Shown here: positions 1 through 7,303 of the stretch, piece after piece
Numbering within the stretch: the stretch's first letter is position 1
Layout: every line of letters starts with the position of its first letter
Sequence record: NC_054906.1
DNA: 64,000 nt
Strand: one strand, 5' to 3'
DNA from: Enterobacteria phage RB18
Translations under genes and position numbers: made by a program
Notes under the pieces: generated by a model
The model's input: only the letters and a program-made list of their open reading frames with translations
Database searches by the model: none
Told to the model about the DNA's origin: nothing

Positions 1-51
1 CTGAAATGCCATCATCCCCATCATCTAAATCATACCAGCGAGTTTTTAAAA

Positions 52-426
52 TCATTTAATTTTCCTACAATCACTCACAAACTCTTCCATTGATTCTTTT
101 TCAATATAAGACATGTAGTTATTATATTCTTTTAATTGTATTTTGTAATCTTTTTTTCTTTGCCAATTTATTTTAAAATTATCATAATGAAAATATAACA
201 TGGTACCAAAGAATGAAAATAATGAAATCGCTATAGTATAATGAAGTTCACTCCAAACTTCTATTATATCTATTATACCGCTGACGTTACTACGGATGTT
301 TAAAATAAAACAGTCAATTAACAATCCAATAAGACTACCTGCAAGAGCTGCAAATGCTGATACGGCAAGAATTAATAGTGCCTCTGGAAACGAATATTTA
401 ACTTTATTTAGTTTTGGCTTTTGCAT
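52..426 (-). CDS. hypothetical small membrane protein (two hydrophobic helices)
   Basis: 124-aa ORF with ATG start; hydrophobic stretches LLILAVSAFAALAGSLIGLLI and IAISLFSFFGTMLYF. Confidence 0.5.
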   Translation of the reverse strand: MQKPKLNKVKYSFPEALLILAVSAFAALAGSLIGLLIDCFILNIRSNVSGIIDIIEVWSELHYTIAISLFSFFGTMLYFHYDNFKINWQRKKDYKIQLKEYNNYMSYIEKESMEEFVSDCRKIK

Positions 427-800
427 CGTGATTCCTTAACAAATTTCATAATTTCATCAAATTCATACGCAGCAAGTTTAAGCTGGTGTTCATTTTTAAT
501 CTTTTTACACTGAGCTTTCCATTCGCGTACGCGTTTACGATAATGTCTTCCTTGATACCAGTATCCTACCCAATTTATAGGTACTAATAAAAATGGAACT
601 ACTAATGGAAGAATTAATACTAACAGAAATATTACGCCAGATTCAATATCAGTCATAAAGTCTATAATCATTCCAACAATCAATAGAATTACAAATGATA
701 TAGCTGTCACAGGACCTATTAATACATCAGTAGAAATTATCTGACGCTTTAATTCATACTTCAACGGTTTACTTGGAAGGTATAGTGATGGTTTTGACAT
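408..800 (-). CDS. hypothetical small membrane protein
   Basis: Track ORF 408..821 begins at a TTG; first ATG at 800; hydrophobic segments VLIGPVTAISFVILLIVGMII and VIFLLVLILPLVVPFLLVPI; short overlaps with both neighbours. Confidence 0.45.
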   Translation of the reverse strand: MSKPSLYLPSKPLKYELKRQIISTDVLIGPVTAISFVILLIVGMIIDFMTDIESGVIFLLVLILPLVVPFLLVPINWVGYWYQGRHYRKRVREWKAQCKKIKNEHQLKLAAYEFDEIMKFVKESRCKSQN

Positions 801-1377
801 ATTCTCTACATTCCTTAACAAATTTTTCTAATAATAAATCGCTTTCAAAATTGGGATTTTCTACGAATTTATCAAAAAGATCATCAACAATAGTTAAGAT
901 ATTCTTTTTACTAAGAATACGTTTATTTTCATGCTTCGTTTCAGAATCAACTATAAGAGTAAAGAAATATTTCTTGCCCTGAAATTTTACAGTAGTATCA
1001 ATATAGAATAAATTTGACTTTTGTAAATTACGTTTAAACCATGCATCACTTAAACTATAAACGCCAAGATAATCATAATCGTCGTTTAAATAACAGACCG
1101 TCCATTCAGGAGAAACAAAATCAGTAAATTCAACATCAAAATCACATGTCAATGAATGAATTGATTCAATACTGTTAATAAGTATTCCAGGACGTATTAA
1201 AGACTTTTTACCTCTAGAAAATCTTCCAGAAAGACTTTCATCAGTTTCATATGAAGAACCCCAATAATAATTACGTCCTTCTGCCATACGTTTAAGAGCA
1301 TTTAATAATTGGTCTGGAACATCAACTTGTCTTTGGAATTCTTCAAACATTGAATTGAAATCACTTTGCATTTTCAT
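769..1377 (-). CDS. hypothetical protein (202 aa)
   Basis: Long ORF with ATG start in a same-strand gene array; no recognisable motif. Confidence 0.5.
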   Translation of the reverse strand: MKMQSDFNSMFEEFQRQVDVPDQLLNALKRMAEGRNYYWGSSYETDESLSGRFSRGKKSLIRPGILINSIESIHSLTCDFDVEFTDFVSPEWTVCYLNDDYDYLGVYSLSDAWFKRNLQKSNLFYIDTTVKFQGKKYFFTLIVDSETKHENKRILSKKNILTIVDDLFDKFVENPNFESDLLLEKFVKECREYVKTITIPSK

Positions 1378-1398
1378 TCCTATTTACTCCAAGTAATA

Positions 1399-1412
1399 GG
1401 GGCCGAAGCCCC
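1399..1412 (-). terminator. GC hairpin GGGGCCGAAGCCCC between two minus-strand genes (terminator or RNA-stability stem-loop)
   Basis: Perfect 5-bp GC stem with 4-nt loop; identical 14-mer recurs at 43321 and 63836. Confidence 0.4.
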
Positions 1413-1418
1413 TTATCA

Positions 1419-2012
1419 TTATTTCAGAGAATTAATATATTCCTGAACATCGGCAGAGGTAGTTTCAACCCCAGAAATATTACCATTAAAGGTTTCAACT
1501 CGAGCAAGAGTATCTTCAATATCAACCTTAGTCAGTGCTGCAATTTCAACTACATCATCGGCAGTACTAATTCCGAGGTCATTCGCGGCGCGAGTTTCAC
1601 GGATATATTCCAATTTAACTGCAAGTTCTTGGCGAGCATCATCTAACTCAACTACTTTCTTGGCGATTTCAATTCGCATTTCAGCATAACCATCAGCTTT
1701 AGTAGTCAACTGCTCAGCTGTTCGACGATATAGTAAACCAAGTTTAGCATGCATTGTTACATCTTGACCTTCCGAAAGAAGCTTGCGAATTTCACGCTCT
1801 TTTGATTCGGCCTGCTTATTCTTTTCGACAATAAGTTCACGAATACGCTTTTCTTCATTAATAGATTTAACAGAAGCAGTTTTTAGATCTTTAATCTTAT
1901 CAAGTAGTTTTGCTGCTGCAGCAGTATACTGTTCTTCAACAGATAGATTTTTAGCCATAGCAGAACCAAGTTTAGTGCGAATAAACTCAACAATTTTCTT
2001 CAGTGTGTTCAT
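1419..2012 (-). CDS. coiled-coil protein (197 aa); PspA/IM30-like character is speculative
   Basis: ATG start with AAGGAAA Shine-Dalgarno; highly charged helical heptad-like sequence throughout. Confidence 0.5.
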   Translation of the reverse strand: MNTLKKIVEFIRTKLGSAMAKNLSVEEQYTAAAAKLLDKIKDLKTASVKSINEEKRIRELIVEKNKQAESKEREIRKLLSEGQDVTMHAKLGLLYRRTAEQLTTKADGYAEMRIEIAKKVVELDDARQELAVKLEYIRETRAANDLGISTADDVVEIAALTKVDIEDTLARVETFNGNISGVETTSADVQEYINSLK

Positions 2013-2068
2013 AGTATTTCCTTAGGTTGGTATAATTAGATAATATCACGTTTTAATAGATTGTAAAC

Positions 2069-2404
2069 TTATTCTTCGTCTAGCTCGTCGATAAAGACGT
2101 TGATGGCCTCGATAACGGCATCATTGATAGCTAATAAAATAAAATCATCGTCAGTACCTTTAGAAGATTCTAAAGCATTGATATATGCTTGGTTGGCGAG
2201 TTCCCAAGCCTTTTTAAAATAAGGAGCTTCATCATCAGGACAAATATCCCGCACGCCTTCAAAGATACGTTTGGCATAATCTAACACCCATTGTACAGGC
2301 ATGTTTTGAGAACGTTCGTTAAACTCTTTAAAGTCCTTAGATTCAAAAAGCTCTTCAGGATAATTATTTCTATTACAAAAAGCTTTACTAAAGTTACGTT
2401 TCAT
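2069..2404 (-). CDS. hypothetical protein with acidic C-terminus (111 aa)
   Basis: ORF in same-strand array; C-terminal ...FIDELDEE. Confidence 0.5.
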   Translation of the reverse strand: MKRNFSKAFCNRNNYPEELFESKDFKEFNERSQNMPVQWVLDYAKRIFEGVRDICPDDEAPYFKKAWELANQAYINALESSKGTDDDFILLAINDAVIEAINVFIDELDEE

Positions 2405-2460
2405 AATGTTTTCCTCATTTGTATAGGCTCATAATATCTCAATCATGAGCCTATGTAAAC

Positions 2461-2736
2461 TTATTTCATATTATTGAAATATTCTTCTGCGATTTCGTCG
2501 TTATCATGGTAAACTTTAGAAGACAGTTTAACATAACTTTCAGCAGTGAACATGTTAATCACAACCTTTACAGTATACCACTGACCGTCTTCATTGCCCA
2601 TTACCGCATAAGTTTCAAACATCGGATGATCAGGACCGATAACTTTAATATCATTCACTGTACGACCGAAATCTTCTGAAACACATTTCATAAAGAAGTT
2701 GAACAGTTCGCCGTAATTATCCATTTCGTTCTCCAA
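2461..2736 (-). CDS. hypothetical protein (91 aa)
   Basis: ORF immediately downstream of an early-type promoter element. Confidence 0.5.
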   Translation of the reverse strand: MENEMDNYGELFNFFMKCVSEDFGRTVNDIKVIGPDHPMFETYAVMGNEDGQWYTVKVVINMFTAESYVKLSSKVYHDNDEIAEEYFNNMK

Positions 2737-2767
2737 GTTGTTTTCTGTATCAGTAGTTGATAGTTGT

Positions 2768-2797
2768 ATAGTACCATGGAAGAACAGGGATGTAAAC
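2768..2797 (-). promoter_or_regulatory. early-type sigma70-like promoter (minus strand: -35 GTTTACA, 17-nt spacer, -10 TACTAT) with A/T-rich upstream tract
   Basis: Minus-strand reading TTTAAAAATTTTTTCACAAAACTGTTTACA-N17-TACTAT; same architecture recurs at 7304 and 7604. Confidence 0.45.
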
Positions 2798-2927
2798 AGT
2801 TTTGTGAAAAAATTTTTAAAAAGTTTTAGGGAATTCTAGGGTCAGGAGGGGCAATTAAAAGATAGGATAATATATTATAAAGGGTAGAAACTAAATGATG
2901 CCTAGAGAGGCCCAGAAAGGCCTAGAT

Positions 2928-2958
2928 ACCAAAAAGCCCCAACCTTTTGGTCGGGGCT
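2928..2958 (-). terminator. rho-independent terminator (minus strand) downstream of ORF 2966..3439
   Basis: Minus-strand hairpin AGCCCCGACC-AAAA-GGTTGGGGCT followed by a T-run; near-identical copy at 3484..3513. Confidence 0.6.
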
Positions 2959-2965
2959 AAGAATG

Positions 2966-3439
2966 TTATTTGATTTGTTTAGCAGACCAAATGCGGTCTT
3001 TAATAATTTTTTGGATGTCTTCAACATACTCTAGGTCATGAGCATGTGGGTTATCTTTAAAACTATAAGCACGAGCTAACTTTTGACCTTCAGTTTTGAT
3101 TACTAAAAGCTCTTTAAGGATAGCTTCATATCTGGAGATAATTCCTTTAACAATATTTTTTTCTTGTGTAGCTTTAGGATCTGCTTTAGGAGCAGGTTTA
3201 CCCGAAGCCTTTGCAAAAGCAGCGCCAGTAGCAACTAAACTTTTCCAGGCCATACTAACTGCATTCCCTGTAAATCCTTCGGCTTTCATATCACGAGCAA
3301 ATTGGAATCGTGATTCATCGGAAGCATCTTTATAGGAATATTTACCCGCGGCAATGGCTGCTTTTGCGACAGCTTGAATTTCGGTGCTAGATGCTTCATT
3401 TAACACCGCTTCATTTAAAAATTGAGCATATGATTTCAT
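2966..3439 (-). CDS. capsid-targeted internal protein candidate (N-terminal CTS-like leader MKSYAQFLNE|A)
   Basis: N-terminus resembles the T4 internal-protein capsid targeting sequence with an L-x-E cleavage motif for prohead protease; own TATAAATA late promoter and AGGAAA Shine-Dalgarno; Ala/Lys-rich. Confidence 0.55.
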   Translation of the reverse strand: MKSYAQFLNEAVLNEASSTEIQAVAKAAIAAGKYSYKDASDESRFQFARDMKAEGFTGNAVSMAWKSLVATGAAFAKASGKPAPKADPKATQEKNIVKGIISRYEAILKELLVIKTEGQKLARAYSFKDNPHAHDLEYVEDIQKIIKDRIWSAKQIK

Positions 3440-3475
3440 CTTATTTCCTGTTTTAATTCGTGGTTTTAATATACT

Positions 3476-3483
3476 TATTTATA
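3476..3483 (-). promoter_or_regulatory. T4-type late promoter TATAAATA (minus strand) for ORF 2966..3439
   Basis: Exact TATAAATA on minus strand, about 37 nt upstream of the ATG, directly after a terminator. Confidence 0.5.
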
Positions 3484-3513
3484 CCAAAAAGCCCCAACCT
3501 TTCGGTCGGGGCT
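3484..3513 (-). terminator. rho-independent terminator (minus strand) after the tRNA-like RNA
   Basis: Minus-strand hairpin AGCCCCGACC-GAAA-GGTTGGGGCT followed by TTTTTGG; paralogous to 2928..2958. Confidence 0.6.
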
Positions 3514-3564
3514 AAGCCTTGCGGCAACCTTGTCGGGGTTCCACCTGCTAAGGCAAGTGTTTGT

Positions 3565-3656
3565 ACGAAACGCCGGGATTCGAACCCGGTTATTAAGCAG
3601 TTGACGCTACTTAATATTTTTAAAAGGCCATATCTCGACCATATCCGAACGTTCCG
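3565..3656 (-). ncRNA. tRNA-like small stable RNA (T-arm and acceptor stem present, no canonical anticodon arm)
   Basis: Minus strand has T-arm CCGGG-TTCGAAT-CCCGG and a 7-bp acceptor-like pairing CGGAACG/CGTTTCG, but the internal region does not fold as a standard cloverleaf; T4-type phages encode such stable RNAs next to the tRNA cluster. Confidence 0.4.
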
Positions 3657-3822
3657 TCAAAAACGCTACTCGGCTTACGGCAAAGATATTTCCTCGAATC
3701 GATAATTCGGTGCGCCGTTTCTGCTGTGATGTAAGAGGGCATCAATAAACGCAAAGATTATTAACGCAATTCCTTACTCAGGGAACATCAGTCCGACGAC
3801 TTACCGGTAGCGACCCGGTTTC

Positions 3823-4173
3823 TTAATATTCTTTTAAAGCATCAATCTGCTCACGGCGTTTACGCCACAAATCAATTGCTTCATACGCGGATTCAGCATT
3901 TCGAATTAGCCGGCATTTATGTAAAGACTTATGATTTTGATATTGTGTAGATAACGGAATTTTATCTAAAAGGTCTTTACGTTCAAAGTATTCGTAACCA
4001 TCTAAGCCAAATGAACGATTTTTAAGAAATTGCCAATGACCATATTCGTTTTCGATATAAACATAATCTGCGTGCTGATAAAGCAAATTAATTACGCGTT
4101 CAGAAATAACAGTGTCATTGTGATTAAAATAGAATGTTAAATCATGAACTACTAAATAAACATTACCTTTCAT
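3823..4173 (-). CDS. hypothetical protein (116 aa) within the tRNA region
   Basis: ORF with ATG start between the tRNA-like RNA and tRNA-Arg. Confidence 0.5.
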   Translation of the reverse strand: MKGNVYLVVHDLTFYFNHNDTVISERVINLLYQHADYVYIENEYGHWQFLKNRSFGLDGYEYFERKDLLDKIPLSTQYQNHKSLHKCRLIRNAESAYEAIDLWRKRREQIDALKEY

Positions 4174-4191
4174 ATTTTCCTCACTTATAAT

Positions 4192-4267
4192 TGGTCGAGG
4201 CAGTAGGGATCGAACCTACGACCCAGGACTTAGAAGGTCCTTGCTCTTCCTTCTGAGCTATGCCCCG
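4192..4267 (-). tRNA. tRNA-Arg (anticodon UCU)
   Basis: Hand-folded cloverleaf: acceptor CGGGGCA/TGCCTCG, D-stem GCTC/GAGC, anticodon loop CTTCTAA, T-loop GGTTCGATCC, encoded CCA. Confidence 0.8.
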
Positions 4268-4271
4268 TAAT

Positions 4272-4347
4272 TGGGGTGACCGATGGGAGTCGAACCCATG
4301 ACTACGAGAATCACAATCTCGAGTTCTACCAACTGAACTACGGCCAC
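4272..4347 (-). tRNA. tRNA-His (anticodon GUG)
   Basis: Hand-folded cloverleaf: acceptor GTGGCCG/CGGTCAC, anticodon loop TTGTGAT, T-loop GGGTTCGACTCCC, encoded CCA. Confidence 0.75.
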
Positions 4348-4461
4348 ATTAATACCTACTCCAACAATCAAGATGTCTTCACACGAAATTAAGAGAAGAG
4401 TGATCAGTTCAACCCTTATAATCGCGTCAAGTAGATATTAATGTGACAGTTGTCACAAATT

Positions 4462-4536
4462 TGGCGGACGTGATAGGATTCGAACCTATAACCAATCGCT
4501 TAACAGGCGATCGCTCTGCCATTGAGCTACACATCC
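4462..4536 (-). tRNA. tRNA-Asn (anticodon GUU)
   Basis: Hand-folded cloverleaf: acceptor GGATGTG/CACGTCC, anticodon loop CTGTTAA, T-loop AGGTTCGAATCCT, encoded CCA. Confidence 0.75.
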
Positions 4537-4540
4537 AAAT

Positions 4541-4627
4541 TGGTGGGGAGTGATGGAGTCGAACCACCCGAGTCGCAATGACAATGGATTTACAGTCCAC
4601 ACCGCTACCTCTACGGGATAACTCCCC
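4541..4627 (-). tRNA. tRNA-Tyr (anticodon GUA), class II with long variable arm
   Basis: Acceptor GGGGAGT/ACTCCCC, anticodon stem-loop GTGGA-CTGTAAA-TCCAT, 15-nt variable arm, T-loop GGTTCGACTCC, encoded CCA. Confidence 0.75.
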
Positions 4628-4633
4628 TTAATT

Positions 4634-4708
4634 TGGTGGCCCTGGGTGGAATTGAACCACCATCTGGCGATTATGAGTCGCTTGCTTGAACCTTCCAGCT
4701 ACAGGGCC
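4634..4708 (-). tRNA. tRNA-Ile (anticodon CAU, Ile2/lysidine type; Met not excluded)
   Basis: Acceptor GGCCCTG/CAGGGCC; anticodon stem-loop GCGACTCATAATCGC is the Ile2-type context; encoded CCA. Confidence 0.7.
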
Positions 4709-4709
4709 T

Positions 4710-4785
4710 TGGTGCTGATTGACGGAATCGAACCGCCGACCTTCTCATTACAAGTGAGTTGCTCTACCTATTGAGCTAAATCAGC
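4710..4785 (-). tRNA. tRNA-Thr (anticodon UGU)
   Basis: Acceptor GCTGATT/AATCAGC, D-stem GCTC/GAGC, anticodon loop CTTGTAA, T-loop GGTTCGATTCC, encoded CCA. Confidence 0.8.
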
Positions 4786-4790
4786 AAAAC

Positions 4791-4880
4791 TGGCGGAGGC
4801 GATAGGATTTGAACCTATGAGTCGCCGGAGCGACTGCCGGTTTTCAAGACCGGTGCATTAAACCACTCTGCCACGCCTCC
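4791..4880 (-). tRNA. tRNA-Ser (anticodon UGA), class II with long variable arm
   Basis: Acceptor GGAGGCG/CGCCTCC, anticodon loop CTTGAAA, long variable arm, T-loop GGTTCAAATCC, encoded CCA. Confidence 0.8.
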
Positions 4881-4886
4881 AAATAT

Positions 4887-5537
4887 TTATATATTGTTAA
4901 TTTGATTTAGAATTCTTTTTGCTTGAGTATGACTTACGCCAATATGCTTAGCATATTTAGACAATTCGCCACGTTTAGAAAAATCATATAATTTAGAAAT
5001 TTCTATTCTTCTTTTTCTTTCATCCGCAGAAACTTTTGCTTCGTTCGCTTTTGCTATTTTACGTTTAGCTTCTTGAGAATGAGTTTTACCAGCAAAGCCA
5101 TTCTTCATTAATCCATTTGAAGACCATCCTTTTAATTTTCCGTTAGAATGTGCCTTTTTAACACCCAATGAAATTAATTCGCGCTGCTGATCTGTCATAG
5201 GATAATTATTTATATGGTCCCATCCACCTTCACCTCCAAGTTTTAAATTATACACATCTGGTCTATTTAAAAACTCTTCTGTGACAATATTTTTCTCGGC
5301 TTCAAGCATAGATTCTTTATCGTCAAAATACTCTAATATTTCTTTAGAAAAATTTTCTATACCATATTTATCTTGGGCTCTTTTTAATAATTTACCAGAA
5401 CCCATATATCCATCATCTAAATTTTCGGTAGAATGCACACCAATATAAATTTTATTATTAATTTTATTTGTTATTTTATAAAGATAAAAATGCATATCAG
5501 TCCCTAATAAAGAACTGAGCGTCTCACGACGAGTCAT
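4887..5537 (-). CDS. segB: GIY-YIG homing endonuclease SegB-like, inserted within the tRNA cluster
   Basis: N-terminal GIY-YIG signature YLYKITNKINNKIYIGVHS...GYMGSG; basic C-terminal DNA-binding-like region; sits between tRNA-Gly and tRNA-Ser as segB does in T4-type phages; true start may be the internal ATG at 5495, which has a better Shine-Dalgarno. Confidence 0.8.
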   Translation of the reverse strand: MTRRETLSSLLGTDMHFYLYKITNKINNKIYIGVHSTENLDDGYMGSGKLLKRAQDKYGIENFSKEILEYFDDKESMLEAEKNIVTEEFLNRPDVYNLKLGGEGGWDHINNYPMTDQQRELISLGVKKAHSNGKLKGWSSNGLMKNGFAGKTHSQEAKRKIAKANEAKVSADERKRRIEISKLYDFSKRGELSKYAKHIGVSHTQAKRILNQINNI

Positions 5538-5541
5538 AAAT

Positions 5542-5615
<74 letters not shown>

Positions 5616-5620
5616 AAATT

Positions 5621-5707
5621 TGGTGCGAGAAGTGGGACTCGAACCCACAAGGAAATCATTCCGCAGCATTTTAAGTGCTGTGCCTTTACCAATTTGACCA
5701 TTCTCGC
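5621..5707 (-). tRNA. tRNA-Leu (anticodon UAA), class II
   Basis: Acceptor GCGAGAA/TTCTCGC, anticodon loop CTTAAAA, long variable arm, T-loop GGGTTCGAGTCCC, encoded CCA; abuts tRNA-Gln as a Gln-Leu dimer. Confidence 0.8.
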
Positions 5708-5708
5708 G

Positions 5709-5781
5709 CTGGGAATAAAGGACTCGAACCTTTGCATCCTGGAATCAAAATCCAGTGCCTTACCAACTTGGCTAATTCCCA
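5709..5781 (-). tRNA. tRNA-Gln (anticodon UUG)
   Basis: Acceptor TGGGAAT/ATTCCCA, anticodon stem-loop CTGGA-TTTTGAT-TCCAG, T-loop AGGTTCGAGTCCT; CCA not encoded. Confidence 0.8.
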
Positions 5782-5793
5782 ATTATTAACAAA

Positions 5794-5811
5794 GGCTCTC
5801 AAATAAGAGCC
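5794..5811 (-). terminator. hairpin plus T-run (minus strand) between ORF 5868..6392 and tRNA-Gln
   Basis: Minus strand GGCTCT-TATTTG-AGAGCC followed by TTTGTTAATAATT. Confidence 0.4.
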
Positions 5812-5867
5812 CTTGATGATAGAGGGTATTAATCAGTGCGGTATGAGTTAATAATAACAAATAATTC

Positions 5868-6392
5868 TTAAAGCAAATTAAACATTTTAACGGTCGGCAA
5901 AACAATTTCTTTTTCTATATAAGAGTATTTAACACTCTCAACTACGCGCAGAAAATCATAATCATAATATTCAGAAGCACTGCCTAAAATATTAATAAGT
6001 CCTTCAAGCACTTTATTACAATTCACAAAGAATAAGTCAAATACACGTTCTTCATCTTCTTCAGATTTATTACCAAGGTCAACTTCTATATCAAAGACCT
6101 TTTTAATGAATTCTGGATAAAGCTGGTCTGAGAACAGTCCTTCAACCAAGTATTCATAGATAAAAAGCGATTGCTCGCTGAACAAGCCATTACCACAATA
6201 ACGTTCAGCTTTAGTACTAGAATGTCTGCTTTTAAACTTCTTTAAAAGATATTGGAACTGTAAGATTTCATGCTCTTCTACGCCAAACAGTGTTTTAGTT
6301 TTATAGTTGTCACCATCATTTTCCCAGGTAGTGACATCAATTACGTAACCCTGCGGAATTGTAGTACCTAAACAAATATTCATTTTCACCAC
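5868..6392 (-). CDS. hypothetical protein (174 aa)
   Basis: ORF in minus-strand array upstream of the tRNA cluster. Confidence 0.5.
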   Translation of the reverse strand: MVKMNICLGTTIPQGYVIDVTTWENDGDNYKTKTLFGVEEHEILQFQYLLKKFKSRHSSTKAERYCGNGLFSEQSLFIYEYLVEGLFSDQLYPEFIKKVFDIEVDLGNKSEEDEERVFDLFFVNCNKVLEGLINILGSASEYYDYDFLRVVESVKYSYIEKEIVLPTVKMFNLL

Positions 6393-6682
6393 GCTGCATT
6401 AATATAAGTATATTTAATACATTCAAGACTTAAAGGATTCTTGAAAATATCATATTCAAGAGGACCTTTTTCTGTTTCAATAAAGAAATCAAAATTTACT
6501 GTATTAAATTTACGGTCTTCCTTCACTAATTTAACCTGAGAAGATGAACGGTCAATGTAAACCTTTTCAACTTCAAAACATGTTAAAATGCCATAATCAT
6601 CAATCAAGGCTTTAGCTGCTTCTTGATCATATTTATATCCATTTTCAATGGACGATACTTTCGCATAAAGTATCATTATCAA
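6386..6682 (-). CDS. hypothetical protein (98 aa)
   Basis: ORF with short start/stop overlaps to both neighbours. Confidence 0.5.
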   Translation of the reverse strand: MIMILYAKVSSIENGYKYDQEAAKALIDDYGILTCFEVEKVYIDRSSSQVKLVKEDRKFNTVNFDFFIETEKGPLEYDIFKNPLSLECIKYTYINAAW

Positions 6683-7089
6683 CCTCTATCAACAATAGCA
6701 TGAGTATGGGCATTTACGATTTGCCACCAGTCGAAACGATTGGAACCATAATCTGGTTTATTTTCATTTTCTTTAATGATATCACGCAGTTTATCTTCTG
6801 TTTCAGCATACGCAATTAAATCATCATATCCACCGCAAGGATAATAATTATCACCTGCGAATAAAAGAAAATTTACCTTAGATGGATTTACGTAATAATG
6901 GTCTTTAGGATATTTAGTTCCTCTCCAATCAGTTACTTCAACATAACGGTAAGAAAATCCATTTTTACTTTCAATCCAACTCCACGCTTCAAAAGGAGTA
7001 TTAAAAACTTTATCAGGTATTAAATTACCTTCAAAATGAGAAGGATTTGCATAATCCCCGGCATAAACATAATATTCGTTAATACTCAT
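6679..7089 (-). CDS. hypothetical protein (136 aa)
   Basis: ORF with ATGA-type overlap to the downstream gene. Confidence 0.5.
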   Translation of the reverse strand: MSINEYYVYAGDYANPSHFEGNLIPDKVFNTPFEAWSWIESKNGFSYRYVEVTDWRGTKYPKDHYYVNPSKVNFLLFAGDNYYPCGGYDDLIAYAETEDKLRDIIKENENKPDYGSNRFDWWQIVNAHTHAIVDRG

Positions 7090-7275
7090 TTATTCACCTT
7101 TAGAAATTTTATCCATAACGATAGCGATTAAACCAATTAAAAATGCTACTACAAGCGAAAACACATTTTCTGCTGTAGTTAATAATCCGCATATAAATCC
7201 AACAAACATTGAAAAACTAAAAGCGGAAGCAGAAATTGCAATAGCAACATTTCGAATTAATTCACAACGTTTCAT
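7090..7275 (-). CDS. hypothetical small hydrophobic protein (61 aa)
   Basis: Single long hydrophobic segment SAFSFSMFVGFICGLL...VVAFLIGLIAIV; early-type promoter element immediately upstream. Confidence 0.45.
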   Translation of the reverse strand: MKRCELIRNVAIAISASAFSFSMFVGFICGLLTTAENVFSLVVAFLIGLIAIVMDKISKGE

Positions 7276-7303
7276 TTTATTCTCCTCGGTAGTTGATAGG
7301 GTA

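Noticed and set aside
3460-3705. 81-aa plus-strand ORF
   Set aside because: It covers the minus-strand terminator, late promoter and tRNA-like RNA, has no ribosome-binding site, and is on the opposite strand from all local transcription.
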